Origin: Bacteroidaceae bacterium
Lineage (GTDB): Bacteria > Bacteroidota > Bacteroidia > Bacteroidales > Barnesiellaceae_A
Direction: 5' to 3'
DNA length: 64,000 nucleotides
Assembly (NCBI GenBank): GCA_017481745.1
Contig: JAFUOV010000009.1
Coordinates: forward strand, 130,823-194,822
Positions within the stretch are counted from its first letter, which is position 1. Every line of letters starts with the position of its first letter. The notes under the pieces were generated by a model. The model saw only the letters and a program-made list of their open reading frames with translations. It searched no databases and had not been told where the DNA came from. The position numbers and the translations under genes are program-made. Shown in pieces: positions 20,111 to 29,492 of this stretch.

Positions 20111-22898
20111 CGCTATCGGGGTTGTATTGGTTGCTGAAAAATTCAAAATATTCGTCCAACGTGCGACCTTGCAACAGCAGGTTGTAGTTGGCTGTACTTA
20201 TCATTACCGGACGTGCTCCCTCGGGAATGACGAAGTCGCTCTCTTGGGTCATAACCGAGCGGTAGTGAATAAGTTCGTCAAAGTTATTAAATCCTTTGAC
20301 AACAAGGAGCGATATTTCGTTAAATGTGTTTATCTCGAGGTCAAAATCTTTTACAAGGAAGTGCGAGAAGTTCATACGCGCCACCTCAAAGAGCAACTGA
20401 TTGCCCGATACCTCGCGGTTGTTGTAGGCAAAGACAAAGTAGTGCTCGCTGTTGGGCTCGTGCACAAACTGCTGTGTGCTGTCGGCTACGGCTGTCGAGT
20501 CGTTGCCAAGGCGAGTGTTCCATATCATACCACGCACGTTACCACCGGCTACGGTACGTCCTTTTGATATGCCTTTGAGTATATTACCGGCATATTCGCT
20601 CACATCGGCTTGCGGATATTTTTTGAGTAGCTCCTCGACATTGCTCTTGAAGTTGTCAAACTCTTTGTCGCCTACGTATGCCATAGCATCGAGGAAGATA
20701 AACTTGTGCATAATGTCGGACAAGGGGTATTCTTTTCGCACGTGGGCTACATTGCTGTGTACGACGGCATTATTGTTGTCGAGGTATGCAGCATAGGTGC
20801 TTTGGTAGATAGAGTCTTGCTTGGCAGCGGCAGTGCGACGTTTCTCAAGGAAGTTGGGGTCGCTCAATGCCGTAGCATACTCGCTCTCGCCAAATGTGGT
20901 GAGTATCTTGCCACGATATACTTCGGCTTGCTCACGCTCGTCGTTGCGCATGTGCATCAAGTAGCGATTGTAGTAGGTGTCGAGGCGATATTTGTTGTCG
21001 GGGAAACGGCGTTCCAAGTCGTCGAATGTTGCCGATGCCGCCTCGTAGTCTTCCAAATCGTTCTTGAGTATGATACCCATATTGTATAATCCATCGGCTA
21101 TGATCTCATTCGATGCAGCTATATCCTCCGGGGTGAGGGGTATCTGCTTGAGGTAATACTCTATCTTGTGAGGGTCTTCGGCATTGGCAAGTGCCACGCT
21201 GTCGACCGGTTCTGCCGAGGCATCGCTACCGGCATCGGCGGTGGCTTCACCGTCGGTTGTCGTTTCACTATCGGTATCGCCCCCTGTGGCAAAGTCGCTC
21301 AACGAGAAGCCCGATTTGTTGCGACGTCGCCAATCGTCTTCGAGTTTACGAGAACCCCATATCTTTTGGAATTCTGTTTTACCGGCATTGACGAGTGTCT
21401 GGTTGTAGAAGTACCACGAACCATCGCTGTTCATGATGTTGGTTGTGGGCTTGTTGGCACCACCTTGCATGAGGTCTTTTCCTGCACCTTCGTTCTTGGC
21501 AAGGTACTCTTCGCGGGCTTGTGCCTCGGCTTCCTCTTTCTCTTTTTTGATGAGGTCGTCGATAATTTTCTGTATGGCGGCATTACGGTCTTCCTCGCTC
21601 ATGCCGGCAAGCATTTGCAGGCTGTCTTGCAGCTCGACATTTTGTGCATATACCACAAGCTTGTCGAGAACGGTCGAGCGGCGTGTCAACAACTTATAGT
21701 CGGGGTAGTCTTCCTTGAGCAGAGGTATTGCCTCGGAGTAGCAGGGTTGTGCATCGACATACTCGCGACGACCAAAGTGCAACCCGCCCAATGTAACTTG
21801 ACACACAGCCTTTTCGATGCCGTTGCGTGTGCTCTTGGCTACTGCTGTCTTGTAGTTGTCGATAGCATTGAGAGTGTCTTGGTGTGCAAGGTACAGATTG
21901 CCTATTGCATAGTATATCTGGTCTTGATAGTCTTTGTTAGCCCCTTTTGTAGCCATTCGTCGCAACGATTTTACCTCTTTCTCGATGTCGTTGCCGGCAT
22001 ATACCTCGCTCATCTTGATGCGGGCGTTGAATTGTGTGCGATAGAGTGGGTTGAGGTTGACCACTCGCTTGTAGGCTTGGTATGCCTCTTGCGACTTACC
22101 TTCGCGGGCATAAAGTTGTCCCAACAAGAAGTTTAGTCGGGCACGTTGCGAACGGCTCGACTCTCCCTTTATAGCTGTCTCGAGATAGGGGATGGCTTTG
22201 CGATACTCTTTGTTGCGTATGAGGTATGATGCATTTACCGATGCAAACTCGTCGGTGAGCGACGGGGGCAGGCTGTCGTTGTTGGCTTTGTATAACACAT
22301 CTTCAGCCTCGTAGGTCCAACCCAATGCCAGATAGCTGCGCGCTTGCCATATACGTGCCTCGGCAACGGTCTGTGGCAGCCAAGAGAAGTGTTGTGCTAT
22401 ATACATGAAGGTCGACGATGCTCCCAGAAAATCGCCTTTGTTGTATTGGGCTTTACCCATGAGCAACCACACATTGTGCATGAAGGGGTTGTACTCTTCA
22501 CGACGCATGAACTCTTTGTATTTTGCATTGTTGCGTTGTCCGGGCTTGCGTTTGGGCTTGCTCTTGATGCTGTGCTTCTGTATTGCCAACTCGCACTTCT
22601 CGATGGTGCGGTCGAAAGAACCTTGCGGTTGTGGGTCTTTGGGATTGGCGTATGCCTCGGCAGGAAGCACGTATAGCAGGTCGGTAAAGTTATCCTCGTA
22701 TTTGTCTTGTTGTTGCTTGAGTTGTTCTATGTAGTTTTGCTCGGCATTGAAGTAGACATTGTACCGGGTAGTCATTGATTGGTAAAATCTTGTCCAACCG
22801 GTGTTCTTGGTGGTTGTGCAAGCGGGTAGCAATACTATGAGCATGAGTGCCAGTATTGCGAGGGTGTGTCTGTATGTCGGCTTTATTCTTATATTCAT
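20079..22898 (-). CDS. porW: TPR-repeat lipoprotein, probable T9SS component PorW/SprE
   Basis: 939 aa with lipobox LLPAC followed by TTTKNTGWTRFYQSMTTRYNVYFN, an N-terminus typical of SprE/PorW. Many TPR-like repeats follow. Its stop overlaps the porX start by 32 nt. Confidence 0.6.
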   Translation of the reverse strand: MNIRIKPTYRHTLAILALMLIVLLPACTTTKNTGWTRFYQSMTTRYNVYFNAEQNYIEQLKQQQDKYEDNFTDLLYVLPAEAYANPKDPQPQGSFDRTIEKCELAIQKHSIKSKPKRKPGQRNNAKYKEFMRREEYNPFMHNVWLLMGKAQYNKGDFLGASSTFMYIAQHFSWLPQTVAEARIWQARSYLALGWTYEAEDVLYKANNDSLPPSLTDEFASVNASYLIRNKEYRKAIPYLETAIKGESSRSQRARLNFLLGQLYAREGKSQEAYQAYKRVVNLNPLYRTQFNARIKMSEVYAGNDIEKEVKSLRRMATKGANKDYQDQIYYAIGNLYLAHQDTLNAIDNYKTAVAKSTRNGIEKAVCQVTLGGLHFGRREYVDAQPCYSEAIPLLKEDYPDYKLLTRRSTVLDKLVVYAQNVELQDSLQMLAGMSEEDRNAAIQKIIDDLIKKEKEEAEAQAREEYLAKNEGAGKDLMQGGANKPTTNIMNSDGSWYFYNQTLVNAGKTEFQKIWGSRKLEDDWRRRNKSGFSLSDFATGGDTDSETTTDGEATADAGSDASAEPVDSVALANAEDPHKIEYYLKQIPLTPEDIAASNEIIADGLYNMGIILKNDLEDYEAASATFDDLERRFPDNKYRLDTYYNRYLMHMRNDEREQAEVYRGKILTTFGESEYATALSDPNFLEKRRTAAAKQDSIYQSTYAAYLDNNNAVVHSNVAHVRKEYPLSDIMHKFIFLDAMAYVGDKEFDNFKSNVEELLKKYPQADVSEYAGNILKGISKGRTVAGGNVRGMIWNTRLGNDSTAVADSTQQFVHEPNSEHYFVFAYNNREVSGNQLLFEVARMNFSHFLVKDFDLEINTFNEISLLVVKGFNNFDELIHYRSVMTQESDFVIPEGARPVMISTANYNLLLQGRTLDEYFEFFSNQYNPDSDEEPDDTMGR

Positions 22899-22925
22899 TT
22901 TATATATAACGTAGAGCGTGGCTGT

Positions 22926-23750
22926 TTATTGTTTACAGCGCACTCTCTTGTTGTGTAGCAGGCTGTGAGCAACCTTGGCTATGCAGTATGCTCCTACAAG
23001 TGTTATCACAATACCTGCACCGGTGGGCATGGCTATAATGGTTGATAGTACAAGACCTATGATGCTGCATATCAGACAAATGATGCCCGATAGGAAGATG
23101 ATGTTACGGAAGTTGGAAGTAAATAACTCGGCGATAATCTGTGGCAATGTGAGTATCGAAATGAGCAGCATGATGCCTATGAGCCTGATGGATAGTACAA
23201 CACATATTGCTACAAATAGTGTCATGATGGTGTTGATGCGGTCGACGTTGATGCCTTTGGTACGGGCAAAGTCGCTGTCGAATGTGGCGTATAGAATAGG
23301 GCGATAGCCTACTGCGGTCCATATTACCAAGGCTGCCGTAAAGGCTGCAAACAGAGCAATGTCGGTGTGGGTAATGGTGAGAATGTTGCCAAACAGAAAC
23401 TCGGTGAGCCCGGGTGTATATCCCGGCGTGAGAAATATGAAGATGATACCTACCGCCATGCCCAATGCCCAGAATACGGCAATGGCAGAGTCTTCGCGTA
23501 GTTGCTTGCCACGCGACAGATGCTCGATGCCAAGAGCCGACAGGATGGCAAATACCATGGCTGCCAATGTGGGCGATATGCCTGCATAGTAGCCGATGCC
23601 CATGCCGCCGAATGAGGCGTGTGTGATGCCACCTGCTATAAATACCATGCGTCGTGTTACGATGTATGTACCTATGATGGCTGTTGCTACCGATAGCAGC
23701 AATATGCCTATCAAGGCGTTTTGGAAGAATGTATATTGCAGTATATCCAT
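22926..23750 (-). CDS. Metal (Zn/Mn) ABC transporter permease, ZnuB/TroCD family
   Basis: 274 aa polytopic protein with N-terminus MDILQYTFFQNALIGILLLS. No cognate ATPase or binding protein is present in the window. Confidence 0.8.
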   Translation of the reverse strand: MDILQYTFFQNALIGILLLSVATAIIGTYIVTRRMVFIAGGITHASFGGMGIGYYAGISPTLAAMVFAILSALGIEHLSRGKQLREDSAIAVFWALGMAVGIIFIFLTPGYTPGLTEFLFGNILTITHTDIALFAAFTAALVIWTAVGYRPILYATFDSDFARTKGINVDRINTIMTLFVAICVVLSIRLIGIMLLISILTLPQIIAELFTSNFRNIIFLSGIICLICSIIGLVLSTIIAMPTGAGIVITLVGAYCIAKVAHSLLHNKRVRCKQ

Positions 23751-23762
23751 TGGCAGTAGGGG

Positions 23763-24185
23763 TTAGGGATGATTGCGGCGCTCGCCGACAATGAGTATTA
23801 CTTCGTCTTTTACGTCGTCGGGCAGTTCTATGCCTCGTAGTTGCAAGCTGCGCACCCAGCCCGCCACCTCGTCGCTGCGCATCGTGTATAGTATGTCGCG
23901 GAAGTGTGCGCTTTGCTCTTCGCTATATGCGTTGCCTGCTGTACCTCGCCATTGGTCGAGCTCCTCGTCGTCGTAGTATTCGATATCACGACTGACGGCT
24001 GCCAACAAGCTGTCGCGCTCGCACACTTCATGCTGTCCGCAGCACTCCTCGGGTATGTCGGGTGCAGGTGGCTCGGGTGGTAAGCCCAATGCCTTGTTGC
24101 GGCGCAACTTGTAGCTGTGCAGTGTGTATGCAATGATACCTGTTGCAGCAAGTACCGATATGAGTATAACGATAACGATTGTCAT
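23763..24185 (-). CDS. Small single-pass membrane protein, function unknown
   Basis: 141 aa from ATG 24185: MTIVIVILISVLAATGIIAYTL, a Pro-rich linker, an EECCGQHEVC cluster and an acidic C-terminal half. Its ATG overlaps the aroA TGA (ATGA). The 313-aa track ORF is an over-extension. Confidence 0.6.
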   Translation of the reverse strand: MTIVIVILISVLAATGIIAYTLHSYKLRRNKALGLPPEPPAPDIPEECCGQHEVCERDSLLAAVSRDIEYYDDEELDQWRGTAGNAYSEEQSAHFRDILYTMRSDEVAGWVRSLQLRGIELPDDVKDEVILIVGERRNHP

Positions 24186-25456
24186 TGTGGTGTTTCCTCC
24201 TTTCTGTCGGGGCAGGGTGTAATAACAAATCCGGCGCGTTGTAGGTCGTCCCAAAAGGTCGGGTAGGACTTCTCTACCACTTGCGCATTGTCGATGTATA
24301 TCTCGTCGAATACCAATGCTGCCGGAGCAAAAGCCATTGCCATGCGGTGGTCGTTGTAGGTGCTTATCGTAATAGGATATTCTACCTCGCAACGCTCGCC
24401 GGTCCAAGATAGCCTTCCTTCTTGTGGCTGCGAGAGTACGTAGCCCAGCTTGCGTGCTTCGCTTTGTAGGGCATCTATGCGGTCGCATTCTTTGATGCGC
24501 AGATTGTTCAGCCCTGTTATGTCGAAGTGTTGATCTTTGAGCAGACATCCTATTATAATAGTCTGCGCAAGGTCGGGGTTGTCTTGAAGATTTAGTTCGA
24601 CAAGCCCTGCCAAGCGGTGGCTTTCGTCGGTCGTAATTGTTACCCCTGATGTATTGTAGCTTGTTTTTACGCCCAATAAATTGTAGTAGTATGCTACCTT
24701 GCAATCGCCCTGTTTGGGATAGTCTTGCGGACTAATAAAATAGTTTTGCAGTCCGTTGAGTTGGTATTGCGAACTATTTAAATAGGCTACTTCGTACCAA
24801 TATGATGCACTGCTCCAATCGCTCTCAACATCTCTCAGCGCCTTGTTGTATGGTATAGGTGCTACCGTAATGGTGTTGCCTTGGCAATTGACATTCGCTC
24901 CGCAATGTCGCATCACATCTATGGTCATAGCTATGTAGGGTTGCGATAGTACCTCGCCTACGATAGTCAGTTGCAGCCCCTTGCTCATGTAGGGGGCAAC
25001 CATGAGTATTGCCGAGATAAATTGCGAACTGACATCCCCTCTCATAACGATGTTGCCACCGCACAACTTGCTACCCTCGATGCGCAGTGGGGGATAGCCC
25101 TCTGTGCCTTCGTAGGTAATCTTTGCACCCACCTCGCGCAGTGCATCTACGAGTGTGCCGATGGGGCGTTGCTGCATGCGAGGCGTACCTGTCAAGATAT
25201 GCTCGCCGGGCAGGCAACTGAAGTATGCAGTGAGAAAACGCATGGCAGTACCGGCGTTGTGCACATCAATAACCCTGCTGTGGGTTGATAGAGCATCAAG
25301 CATCACTCGCGTGTCGTCGCACAGTGTAGGCAACACGACATCGTGCAGGCATCCTGCCAATGCGCCTATGAGCAGGGCGCGATTGCCAATGCTCTTTGAT
25401 GCGGGCAGGTCGATGCTGCAACCATGTGTATGCCGTGCTGTAATGCGATACTTCAA
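24182..25456 (-). CDS. aroA: 3-phosphoshikimate 1-carboxyvinyltransferase (EPSP synthase)
   Basis: LPASKSIGNRALL, LRIKECDR and a full EPSPS layout. The track start at 25555 is a TTG inside ssb. The only in-frame start after the ssb stop is TTG 25456, so the start is uncertain. Confidence 0.85.
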   Translation of the reverse strand: MKYRITARHTHGCSIDLPASKSIGNRALLIGALAGCLHDVVLPTLCDDTRVMLDALSTHSRVIDVHNAGTAMRFLTAYFSCLPGEHILTGTPRMQQRPIGTLVDALREVGAKITYEGTEGYPPLRIEGSKLCGGNIVMRGDVSSQFISAILMVAPYMSKGLQLTIVGEVLSQPYIAMTIDVMRHCGANVNCQGNTITVAPIPYNKALRDVESDWSSASYWYEVAYLNSSQYQLNGLQNYFISPQDYPKQGDCKVAYYYNLLGVKTSYNTSGVTITTDESHRLAGLVELNLQDNPDLAQTIIIGCLLKDQHFDITGLNNLRIKECDRIDALQSEARKLGYVLSQPQEGRLSWTGERCEVEYPITISTYNDHRMAMAFAPAALVFDEIYIDNAQVVEKSYPTFWDDLQRAGFVITPCPDRKEETPQ

Positions 25457-25493
25457 GTGGATGAGGGTGTGTAGGGGTTGTGATACAAATATT

Positions 25494-25853
25494 TTATTGT
25501 TGAGCCGGTGTGTCGGGGCGACGAGTACCGAGCAGCTCCATGCTGTCGGCAACAATCTCGGTGCGCGAGTGAGTTACACCATTCTGGTCGTTCCATTGGC
25601 TTGTGCGCAACTTGCCTTCGATATAGATTTGAGTGCCTTTGCGTACATATTTTTCGGCAATCTCTGCCAATCCGCGCCACAATACGATGCTGTGCCACTC
25701 GGTACGGTCGGGTACTTCCGAGCCGTTGGCGGCGGTATATCCGCGCTCGGTTGTTGCCAAGCGCAGTCGTGCTACGCACACTCCTTTTTCGAGGTATCTT
25801 ACTTCGGGGTCGGCTCCTACGTGACCCACCAAAATTACTTTGTTTATCGACAT
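25494..25853 (-). CDS. ssb: Single-stranded DNA-binding protein, short form lacking the acidic C-terminal tip
   Basis: 119 aa with OB-fold MSINKVILVGHVGADPEVRY...WHSIVLW. It ends ...GTRRPDTPAQQ with no DDD(I/L)PF tail. Confidence 0.85.
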   Translation of the reverse strand: MSINKVILVGHVGADPEVRYLEKGVCVARLRLATTERGYTAANGSEVPDRTEWHSIVLWRGLAEIAEKYVRKGTQIYIEGKLRTSQWNDQNGVTHSRTEIVADSMELLGTRRPDTPAQQ

Positions 25854-25878
25854 AAAAAATGTGTTTTATAGTGGAAAA

Positions 25879-25886
25879 CAAAGGTA
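25879..25886 (-). promoter_or_regulatory. -7 promoter box (TACCTTTG) upstream of ssb
   Basis: The reverse complement of caaaggta lies about 26 nt upstream of the ssb ATG. Confidence 0.45.
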
Positions 25887-25957
25887 GTGATTTTGCGCCG
25901 AACACACAACTGTGAGGCTCTGTTTTTTTGCGGTGGGTCGTAGGATTGCCGCCAAAG

Positions 25958-26479
25958 TCAATGCTCGTGGCAACAAGTGCCGTTACACAGCATCTTCACA
26001 TCTTCGAGAAAGTCTTGCAACTCTTGTTCGTGCGCCTCTTCCTCGGCGAGGATACGCTTTGCCAAGTCGCACGTTGTGAAGTCTTTACCCTCGGTAAGGT
26101 GCGCAATGGCTTGGTATCGTGTGATGGCGCATCGCTCCGAAGAGATGTTTTGTAACAACAGCCTTGTAACCTCAAAGTCGCCGTCGGGCTCGTCGTATGG
26201 GCAGGCAGCATGTTCAAACCATTGAGTAGGATTGAGCAGCGGTGTGCCTTCGAGTTGAATGATGCGGTCGGCTATGAGTTTGGCGTGCTGAAACTCTTCC
26301 ATGGCATGTTGCTCAAACTCGCGCTGTACGTCGCCACGCATTGCGCCTTTAATTACTGCTGCACCTATCCAATACTGATAGAATGCGAGCCACTCCTCGG
26401 CAAGTGCCATGTTGAGTTGTTGCAGTATGGTCTCGACGTTAATTCTTTCTTTGATGATTGCTACACTTTCTTTTGCCAT
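25958..26479 (-). CDS. Ferritin-like / Dps-like (DPSL, bacterioferritin-related) protein
   Basis: 173 aa four-helix-bundle pattern with di-iron ligands (EEW...EEFQHAKL...EEEAHEQEL). It carries an unusual Cys/His-rich tail, CNGTCCHEH. Confidence 0.7.
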   Translation of the reverse strand: MAKESVAIIKERINVETILQQLNMALAEEWLAFYQYWIGAAVIKGAMRGDVQREFEQHAMEEFQHAKLIADRIIQLEGTPLLNPTQWFEHAACPYDEPDGDFEVTRLLLQNISSERCAITRYQAIAHLTEGKDFTTCDLAKRILAEEEAHEQELQDFLEDVKMLCNGTCCHEH

Positions 26480-26558
26480 AGTCTTGAAAAATTGATGTTT
26501 ATAATCGAGAAAATCTCTTTTTAAAACAACGTGTTTGATGCATTTTTGTTCGCCGGTG

Positions 26559-28553
26559 TCAGAAAGATGCTTCGCTTATGGGCGTGATGTATCGGTTGCG
26601 GTTGTACTTGACCACGTTGGTGGGTTCTTCCTGTGCAATGAAATAGCCTATGCAGCGAGTGATGAGAATGTCGTCGTGTTCGCCCTCTTGTGCCCCGAAG
26701 CTGCCGTTGTGCTTGCGCTCGAATACGTCAAACTCGTGGCAAGCCAGCTCGTCGTGCTCGATGTAGCTGTTGTTGCGCAGTGCATTTATCATTGTGTTGA
26801 CAAGAGCCGACTTGGTGTTGCGGTTCATGTGGAAACCCCAACGGGTAGGTGCCGACGGATTTATTTCGTCGCCTACCGCCTGTCGTGCATAAAGGTTGTT
26901 GTACTGCCCGGCAATGGTGTCGAGAATGTAGGTCGAGCGAGTGTCGTCGCACGATGTCTCGAGTGTGTTGCTCTCTATAACCAACAGAGCCTTGTTGTAG
27001 AAGGTGGCTATCTGTGCCGCCTTCCATGCCAGCAGGTCGTGGTCGATGTGTCCACGCCATTGCGCCACAAGTTCCACGACGTTGTCGCAGAGCAATCGGC
27101 TACGGTCGAATACGGCAATAACCGAGTAGTCGGCTTTGCTCGAGCGTCCGCCTACATCTACCGCTACGATGTATCGGTTGCGTATCTCGATGTCGTTTTG
27201 AGGCATCTCCCATACGTGCAAGAGTCCGTTTTGCTCGGCAACAAATTCTATGTCCGAGAGAGCCTGTCGCCCGGTAAGTTGCTTGCCTGTAATGTCGCCT
27301 GTGGCGATGGGTGCGTGGCAGTTTTGTCGTAGCCTGTCGACCGCCATGGCATCGAACACGCGCTCGCCCGAGTGCGCAAACGCCTCGGTTTCGTCCGACG
27401 GATATTCAGCCATCATATCGGCGTGTTGGGCATATTCTCGGCGTTTGGCACGATACCATGCTATAGCCTCGAGCGTAGCGCCCTTTTGCCACAGCCATTG
27501 CTCGTATGTGTCGAGTGATGATACGAAAGCCTCCGGCTCGTCGAGCTGCCGGCGATACATCTCTATCTCGTACCAAGGCACAAATATAGCCTTCTTGTCG
27601 CTCTCGTTGCGCTTGGCGCGTAGGTACTCGCGGTGGAAGTAGCCACCGGTGCCGTTGGCGGTGCTCTCTATGACAACCAACGAGTGGGGTAGCATGGCAA
27701 TACTGCCGTAAATAGAGCGTATAAGGCTCTCGGGTGTGTGTGCCGGTGTGTCGCTCCAGAACGCCGCCTCGCTGAGGTGTGCCATAGCGGCATCGTTGCC
27801 ACGAGTAGCCTCGGGCGACTCGGACGAGCAGATGGTAACTTTGCAACCGCGTGTAGCTATAACAGATGAGTTGGCAGAGCGCTCAAAGGGTTGAAAACGC
27901 GGCTGCTCGTTGCTGTTGAGCAGCCATGCCGGATAGTTGTCCAACAGCTTTGTATACATACCTTTGATGTTGCCGGCGGCATCTTTGAGGTGTGCGCAGA
28001 TGATGCTGTTCCAGTTGCGCAAGTGCACAAGTTGTATCCATGCCATATATACTTGTGTGAGGGTAGAACCGCCCCATTGTCGCGCCTTGAGCATGATGAT
28101 GCGTATGGGCTTGAGGGCAGTGCGTTGCTCTTCGAGCATTGCCAAGAAACGACGTTGTGGTCGGTTGAGGATAAAGGGTATATCCTCTTGCCCGAGCTTG
28201 TCTTTAATCTTGATGAACATGGCTGCCCAGAACTCAAAGTCGTAACGGATGCGCTCCTTAATCCACAGCGACCAGATGTCGCTGCGGAGTTGTTGAGTTA
28301 CCTTGCGTTGCAGGGTGTTGACAATAAATGCATCCATGCTGCCAGCTTGAGCCAGCAATCGAGTCCAATTACACTCATGCAACATACGCGCGGGCACATA
28401 TTGTTGAGGTATAGGCGCATCGGGCAGATATACCATTGTGCGCTTGTGCAAGCACCCCTCGCCGGTGGCGGGGTTGTAGGGCGACTTTTGTGCCGATTGT
28501 CGTTGCTTGTTTTCGTCGATAACGGCTTGTATGCTTGTTGTGTTGTTATACAT
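26559..28553 (-). CDS. terL: Phage terminase large subunit
   Basis: 664 aa. ATPase motifs are LKARQWGGST (Walker A, P2-gpP-like KxRQxGxS/T), HLSEAAFW and ESTANGTGG. Nuclease motifs are IVAVDVGG, LLVIESN and GEHDDIL. Confidence 0.8.
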   Translation of the reverse strand: MYNNTTSIQAVIDENKQRQSAQKSPYNPATGEGCLHKRTMVYLPDAPIPQQYVPARMLHECNWTRLLAQAGSMDAFIVNTLQRKVTQQLRSDIWSLWIKERIRYDFEFWAAMFIKIKDKLGQEDIPFILNRPQRRFLAMLEEQRTALKPIRIIMLKARQWGGSTLTQVYMAWIQLVHLRNWNSIICAHLKDAAGNIKGMYTKLLDNYPAWLLNSNEQPRFQPFERSANSSVIATRGCKVTICSSESPEATRGNDAAMAHLSEAAFWSDTPAHTPESLIRSIYGSIAMLPHSLVVIESTANGTGGYFHREYLRAKRNESDKKAIFVPWYEIEMYRRQLDEPEAFVSSLDTYEQWLWQKGATLEAIAWYRAKRREYAQHADMMAEYPSDETEAFAHSGERVFDAMAVDRLRQNCHAPIATGDITGKQLTGRQALSDIEFVAEQNGLLHVWEMPQNDIEIRNRYIVAVDVGGRSSKADYSVIAVFDRSRLLCDNVVELVAQWRGHIDHDLLAWKAAQIATFYNKALLVIESNTLETSCDDTRSTYILDTIAGQYNNLYARQAVGDEINPSAPTRWGFHMNRNTKSALVNTMINALRNNSYIEHDELACHEFDVFERKHNGSFGAQEGEHDDILITRCIGYFIAQEEPTNVVKYNRNRYITPISEASF

Positions 28554-28558
28554 AATGG

Positions 28559-28807
28559 TTAAAGTTTTTTGAGTTGTTTTTCTATCTCAGCCACGCGGCT
28601 GCAAGTGTCGGTTATGGCGTTCTGCTTGCCCGACGATGGAGCCATGATGGCGCTCATGTCCTTGCGGATGGTTTCGATACATTTCATAATAGTAGTTTCG
28701 TTGGTTGTCTCGCGCAGCATGTCGAGCAGGCGATCGTAACAGATATGTATTGCCTCGTTTTGCTTGGCAAGAATTGAGGCATCGGCTTTGAAATTTTTTT
28801 CTTCCAT
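28559..28807 (-). CDS. Hypothetical small helical protein upstream of terL
   Basis: 82 aa, ends 5 nt before terL. It occupies the position of a small terminase but no motif is recognisable. Confidence 0.45.
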   Translation of the reverse strand: MEEKNFKADASILAKQNEAIHICYDRLLDMLRETTNETTIMKCIETIRKDMSAIMAPSSGKQNAITDTCSRVAEIEKQLKKL

Positions 28808-28868
28808 AATTGATAAATGTTGTTTATAAGCTATTGTAAAGGGTTTTTCTTTTTATCGCATCTGATGG

Positions 28869-28876
28869 CAAAGATA
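28869..28876 (-). promoter_or_regulatory. -7 promoter box (TATCTTTG) for the 82-aa ORF/terL unit
   Basis: The reverse complement of caaagata is an exact TAnnTTTG match about 60 nt upstream of ATG 28807. Confidence 0.45.
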
Positions 28877-28926
28877 GAGTGCGACCTTTGCGTTGTGATG
28901 CTATAAAATGAAAAAGTGAAAAAAAT

Positions 28927-29469
28927 ATGTTGAATTATTTGTTAGGCTCGACATTGGGTATGTTGTCGCAAAATGTTGCATTGGGTCATCAAAATGACTA
29001 CCTCGATAAGCAACTCGACATGCAGCAGAAGTATGTAAAAGAGCAGTTGAATAATGCTACCTCGTTGTTCAACAGAAACTATTACCGTAACTTCTTGGAG
29101 ACACCCTCGGCGCGAAACATGTTGAAGCGTGTGCAGGAGCAGCTCAACGAGCAGAGTAGGGCATTGCGCAACACGTCGGTAGTTACCGGTGCTACGGGGC
29201 AGAATATTGCTGCTGTGCAGAAAGCTAATAACAAGGCGCTCGATGAAGTGATAGGAACTCTTGCAAGTGCCGATGCACAGAACAAGGAAAGGCATTTGCT
29301 GAACTATGAGAATACGCGCAACAAGTTGAACGAATATCTGCATGGTGGTATGATGAACTATTACAACCAGAAGATGAAGTTGCAAGGCGATGCCTATTCA
29401 GGATTGAACAGTTTCCTGTCGCCCTATTTGCAGAAGTCGCTCAACAGCATGAGTATGCCTACATTGTGA
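28927..29469 (+). CDS. Hypothetical Q/N-rich coiled-coil protein
   Basis: 180 aa with a short hydrophobic N-terminus (LLGSTLGMLSQNVALG), then Q/N/K-rich heptad-like sequence. No recognisable family. Confidence 0.5.
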   Translation: MLNYLLGSTLGMLSQNVALGHQNDYLDKQLDMQQKYVKEQLNNATSLFNRNYYRNFLETPSARNMLKRVQEQLNEQSRALRNTSVVTGATGQNIAAVQKANNKALDEVIGTLASADAQNKERHLLNYENTRNKLNEYLHGGMMNYYNQKMKLQGDAYSGLNSFLSPYLQKSLNSMSMPTL

Positions 29470-29492
29470 TACCCATTTAATAGCCGAAGTTT

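Noticed and set aside
24186-24704. N-terminal 170 aa of the 313-aa track ORF 23763-24704; also Arg/His/Thr-rich ORFs at 43754-44335, 36631-36909, 56836-57306 and 48085-48408
   Set aside because: These overlap aroA, rarA, the aminotransferase, plsC and others in another frame. Their extreme Arg/His/Thr/Pro composition is typical of off-frame translation. Only the last 141 codons of the first ORF, from ATG 24185, look real.
25457-25555. aroA N-terminal extension to the track start
   Set aside because: The track start is a TTG inside the ssb coding region and would give a 62-nt overlap. EPSP synthases start about 15-20 residues before LP(G/A)SKS, which fits TTG 25456.
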